The notes under the pieces: generated by a model | Told to the model about the DNA's origin: nothing | What the model saw: the letters and a program-made list of their open reading frames with translations, nothing else | The model's database searches: none | Translations under genes and position numbers: made by a program | Assembly (NCBI RefSeq): GCF_000181795.1 | Contig: NW_003526944.1 | Location: forward strand, 300,269-364,268 | Direction: 5' to 3' | DNA from: Trichinella spiralis | Lineage: Eukaryota | Length of the DNA stretch: 64,000 nucleotides | Shown here: positions 60,773 to 64,000 of the stretch, piece after piece | Position numbering within the stretch: the stretch's first letter is position 1 | How the letters are laid out: each line of letters starts with the position of its first letter

Positions 60773-62137
60773 ATGCGTCCGTCGCTTGTCAACCTCTTAT
60801 CAATTGTCTTATTGGTGCAGTATACGGTCGGCGATCTGTACTTTATGGTCGAAAATGCGAAAGTCTTCCAATGTCGAGGAAGTCAGACATAAAACACAGC
60901 ATAAGCAAAAAAATAAAATAAAATAAAATGAAATAAACATGTGCTGTACTGTCCGTTTACGTGGATTTTTAATATTCTTCTTCTACTTTCAGTCAACAGC
61001 GTTCTGGATATACCTGAAAAAGAGATTCGCGTCACTGACACTCGCGGCCGTGAAGTTCACTACATAACTGCCCCCGGAGAATTTGTCATCCATTTTGGCA
61101 AAATCAACGTCAAGCGCAACTTGCAGCATCTCGCCGGTGAAATTAGCATCAATCTGCAAGTACCAATCGGCGGCGGCGGTCCATTTGGCATCAAATGGGA
61201 CATACCGTATTCAGCGGTGCCGCAGAAAAAGTTGATTGGCGGTTATACATGCGATGCCCAATCTGGATACGTTAAAGATGGCGATCGTAATGTTTGGTGA
61301 GTAAAATTTAAATATTGTTTATTCTGTTACTTTGTGATTATTGTTTTTTTGTGATTATAGCCGCTATTGTGATTTATGCCAGTCGACTGCAAAAGTGGAA
61401 AGAGATTTGTCGTCTGGGCACAAGTTTTTACCAGAATTGGGCGGCAGTGAGCAAATGTTCAGCACAATGTGCGCCGAAATTTCACCACGTACCTATACGC
61501 TCACTCGAACTGTGCGTCTTCCATCTAAAGAAGAACTGCAAGAAATGGTCAACCAGAAATTCAACGGTATGGATTCCGGTTTGAAAAGCAAGTTCAAAAT
61601 TGGAGTAAGACTTTCATATTTATATGGCATCTTTACGTCGACATTTTTTTTCTTCTTCTTGTAAATTGTTATTTCATTAATAATTCTTTATTCAAGAAAG
61701 GAAAATTTCAAGTTTACTTGAACTTGAAATCAAGTCCCAACTCACCGCAAGATTCGGATAGTTTTTATTCAAGCATCAAAGGTTGTCAGTGTTGCGCCAG
61801 AGGTGGAGGTGGTCTTTTCTGCCGTGGATGCAAGGAAAAATGCAAATCTCAATATGCCGAACAGTGTTTAGCTCCGGGCACGCAGACGGTTGCCTGTTAC
61901 ACTGTCGATTACAGTTTCAGAGCATCAGAAAATTATGGTGATGTGCAGAAATTTTTACGTGATAACAATTTCGTCGACAATGGACCGTCGGCACCAATGG
62001 GCGGCGGTGTAGGAGGCGGTTCCGGTGGTAGCCAACATGCTTGCATCAACGCCATCAATAGTCCCACCTATCAGCGCTATTGCAAAACTCGTTGGAACCC
62101 TGCTTTCTGTTGCAACTTGTGTCCCGGAATGTGCTAA
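60773..62137 (+). CDS. Secreted cysteine-rich protein of unknown function; exons 60773-60881, 60993-61296, 61361-61604, 61697-62137
   Basis: Signal peptide MRPSLVNLLSIVLLVQYTVG; phase-consistent GT-AG introns; CRYCDLC, CQCC, a Gly-rich linker and C-terminal YCKTRWNPAFCCNLCPGMC. Confidence 0.85.
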
Positions 62138-62716
62138 TTGTCATATTTCTTGCTGGATTATCATTGCTCTATCTTGCTTTTCCATTTTTTCCTTTTTATT
62201 ATTATCACCTTTTCGTCAAATTGACAATCTAAGCATAAAGTTTTATTTTTTATATTTCCAGATAATTGCAAACTTAGCACATATTTTAATGGTATATTGC
62301 CACAAAAAAAGTGAAAGAAAAAACGTTTCACAGCGTTGTTTGCTTCGTCTGTCAAAATAAAAACTCCACCATTGTGCATCCGGTTGAAAATAAGTCATGC
62401 ACTTTACAGAACGTCAACAGATGTAAACGAATAAAAAATAAATATTGCTTTTCATCGTTGATTTGTTGATCTTTTTGTTTGTCTTTCAATAATTTTATGA
62501 AAAAGTTTATGAAGTTATTACGTAACAAATCTTGAAAATCATTAAAGATATTTACAGTAAATTCAATAGCTGTACTTGTAATGTGAAAGGCTCTTAATTA
62601 GAATAAGTTTTAAAATACAGTGGCGTTATTTAGAGTTTCGTTTTAATCTCTTTTTTACTTTAAGATCATTATCGTTTGGTTAACTTATTTCATACTGTTC
62701 ATTTTTTCAGACCGAT

Positions 62717-63179
62717 ATGATTCACCTCATAATCGGTATCCTGTTTTTTCTCTGTTTTACGATATTGTTGTTGTTATGTACAAACGTAAGTTTACATAAT
62801 TATTTTGTTCATCTTTATTCTGTTTTGATGAGTGATATTTTATACATCTCTTATTGCAGAAAGGCACTTTGTCTGGTGGCCAAATTCCCCCTGCTGTCGA
62901 GAAGCTAAACGTATTTTTTTTTGTTGCATTATGTTGTAATTTAAAAAAGTGATATTATTTTCCAGGATTCGTCACCCACTAAGGATGAGTCGCCGCCGCA
63001 AAGCGTTGTATGCGTTTGTTATAATTGTGGCTGAATTTAACAAGTGATTTTTTTAATTTTAGACTGGAAAGTCGGTTGAACAGCAAGTTGAGCAGAAAAC
63101 TTTAACAACAACGAACTCTACTGATGTAAAATCCCAAGAAGACTCCACATTGATGGTGTCTTTTGAACATCCTAATTGA
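62717..63179 (+). CDS. Small (92 aa) orphan protein with N-terminal hydrophobic segment; exons 62717-62785, 62860-62910, 62966-63007, 63063-63179
   Basis: Three canonical phase-0 GT-AG introns keep one frame open to TGA at 63179; the ATG is preceded by TTTTTTCAG. Confidence 0.7.
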
Positions 63180-64000
63180 ATAATACCACCGTATTGAAAG
63201 CATTGTTAAAGATGTAGCCCAATGTAGTTTTTAGTAATTTTATGCATTTATACATATCATTCATGTATCACATATTTTAGCGGTAGTTAATTAAAAATGT
63301 TATCATCATTTGTTTGATTGATTGTTTGTTTGTAAAATCTTTGCTTAATGTATAAAGCAGGGGTTTTCAACTGCTACTTTTTGAGTTAACAAATTCCATC
63401 AATACCTTACAATTAAACTTTTTTATAAATTAGCGTGCACCGCGACAAAACGGTTGCAGTCCATTATTTTAAACAAACACTGCAAGTAATCTGACGAGCT
63501 TGTCCGTAATTATTGTCTGAATCTGTGCTAGTGAATAGTACACTGCTTGTTCATCAACATAAAAACAGTTAACAGTCACTCAGGCCCGGATAATGTAAAA
63601 CTAGTACTTCACAGATCGCCTATTGTCAAAACTACAAATGATTTACATAAGCTCAACTTTTGAATAATGTTTTTCATAATCGAATCTTTTCAACAGCAAT
63701 GATTCCTCATCAACATTGAATTTATCTATACGGTAATAAGTTTAATGAAAAAGATTTTCATTGAAATATAAATTATAGAAATTATTATGATAAATAAAAA
63801 TAAAATTTTCGAATAATATAAATTATCAATGTTGGTTTTTCAAATATATTGCCTTATATCCTTAAACTTTCATTTTATGCAACATGGCTGGCGTAAAATG
63901 CATTTTATAACAAATATTAAGCAGTATATATGGTCAACCATCAACGTGAACTAATTTAATCATATAAGTTATAAAAGAAGCTGCAATTTCATTCAAAATA

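Overview
Eukaryotic, very AT-rich, intron-dense genomic DNA from a nematode. It is most likely clade I (Trichinella-like); this is inferred from ~50-70 nt introns with non-rigid acceptors and the nematode-type unc-60 architecture. After a 522-nt N gap and a gene-poor first 18 kb holding only an intronless SERF/MOAG-4 gene, the window is densely packed. In order: a two-pore K+ channel (TWK/K2P), a Speedy/RINGO CDK activator (not visible in the ORF track, assembled by hand from 7-8 exons), an intronless ER cyclophilin B, TONSL, sphingolipid delta-4 desaturase, alpha-SNAP, unc-60 (two ADF/cofilins sharing an ATG-only exon), tRNA-Cys(GCA), an SLC46-like MFS transporter, UBR1, a TREX-like DEDDh exonuclease, a secreted Cys-rich protein and a 92-aa orphan. 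I see no CRISPR array, intact transposon or prokaryote-type system. The most interesting observations are: (i) a nematode Speedy/RINGO, possibly with a hydrophobic tail; (ii) a two-fragment copy of UBR1 sequence just downstream of the neighbouring TREX stop codon, antisense to UBR1; (iii) conserved unc-60 A/B splicing with candidate cis-elements; (iv) two strong and one probable GC-AG intron. Exon boundaries were read by eye and family calls rest on remembered motifs, not database searches.
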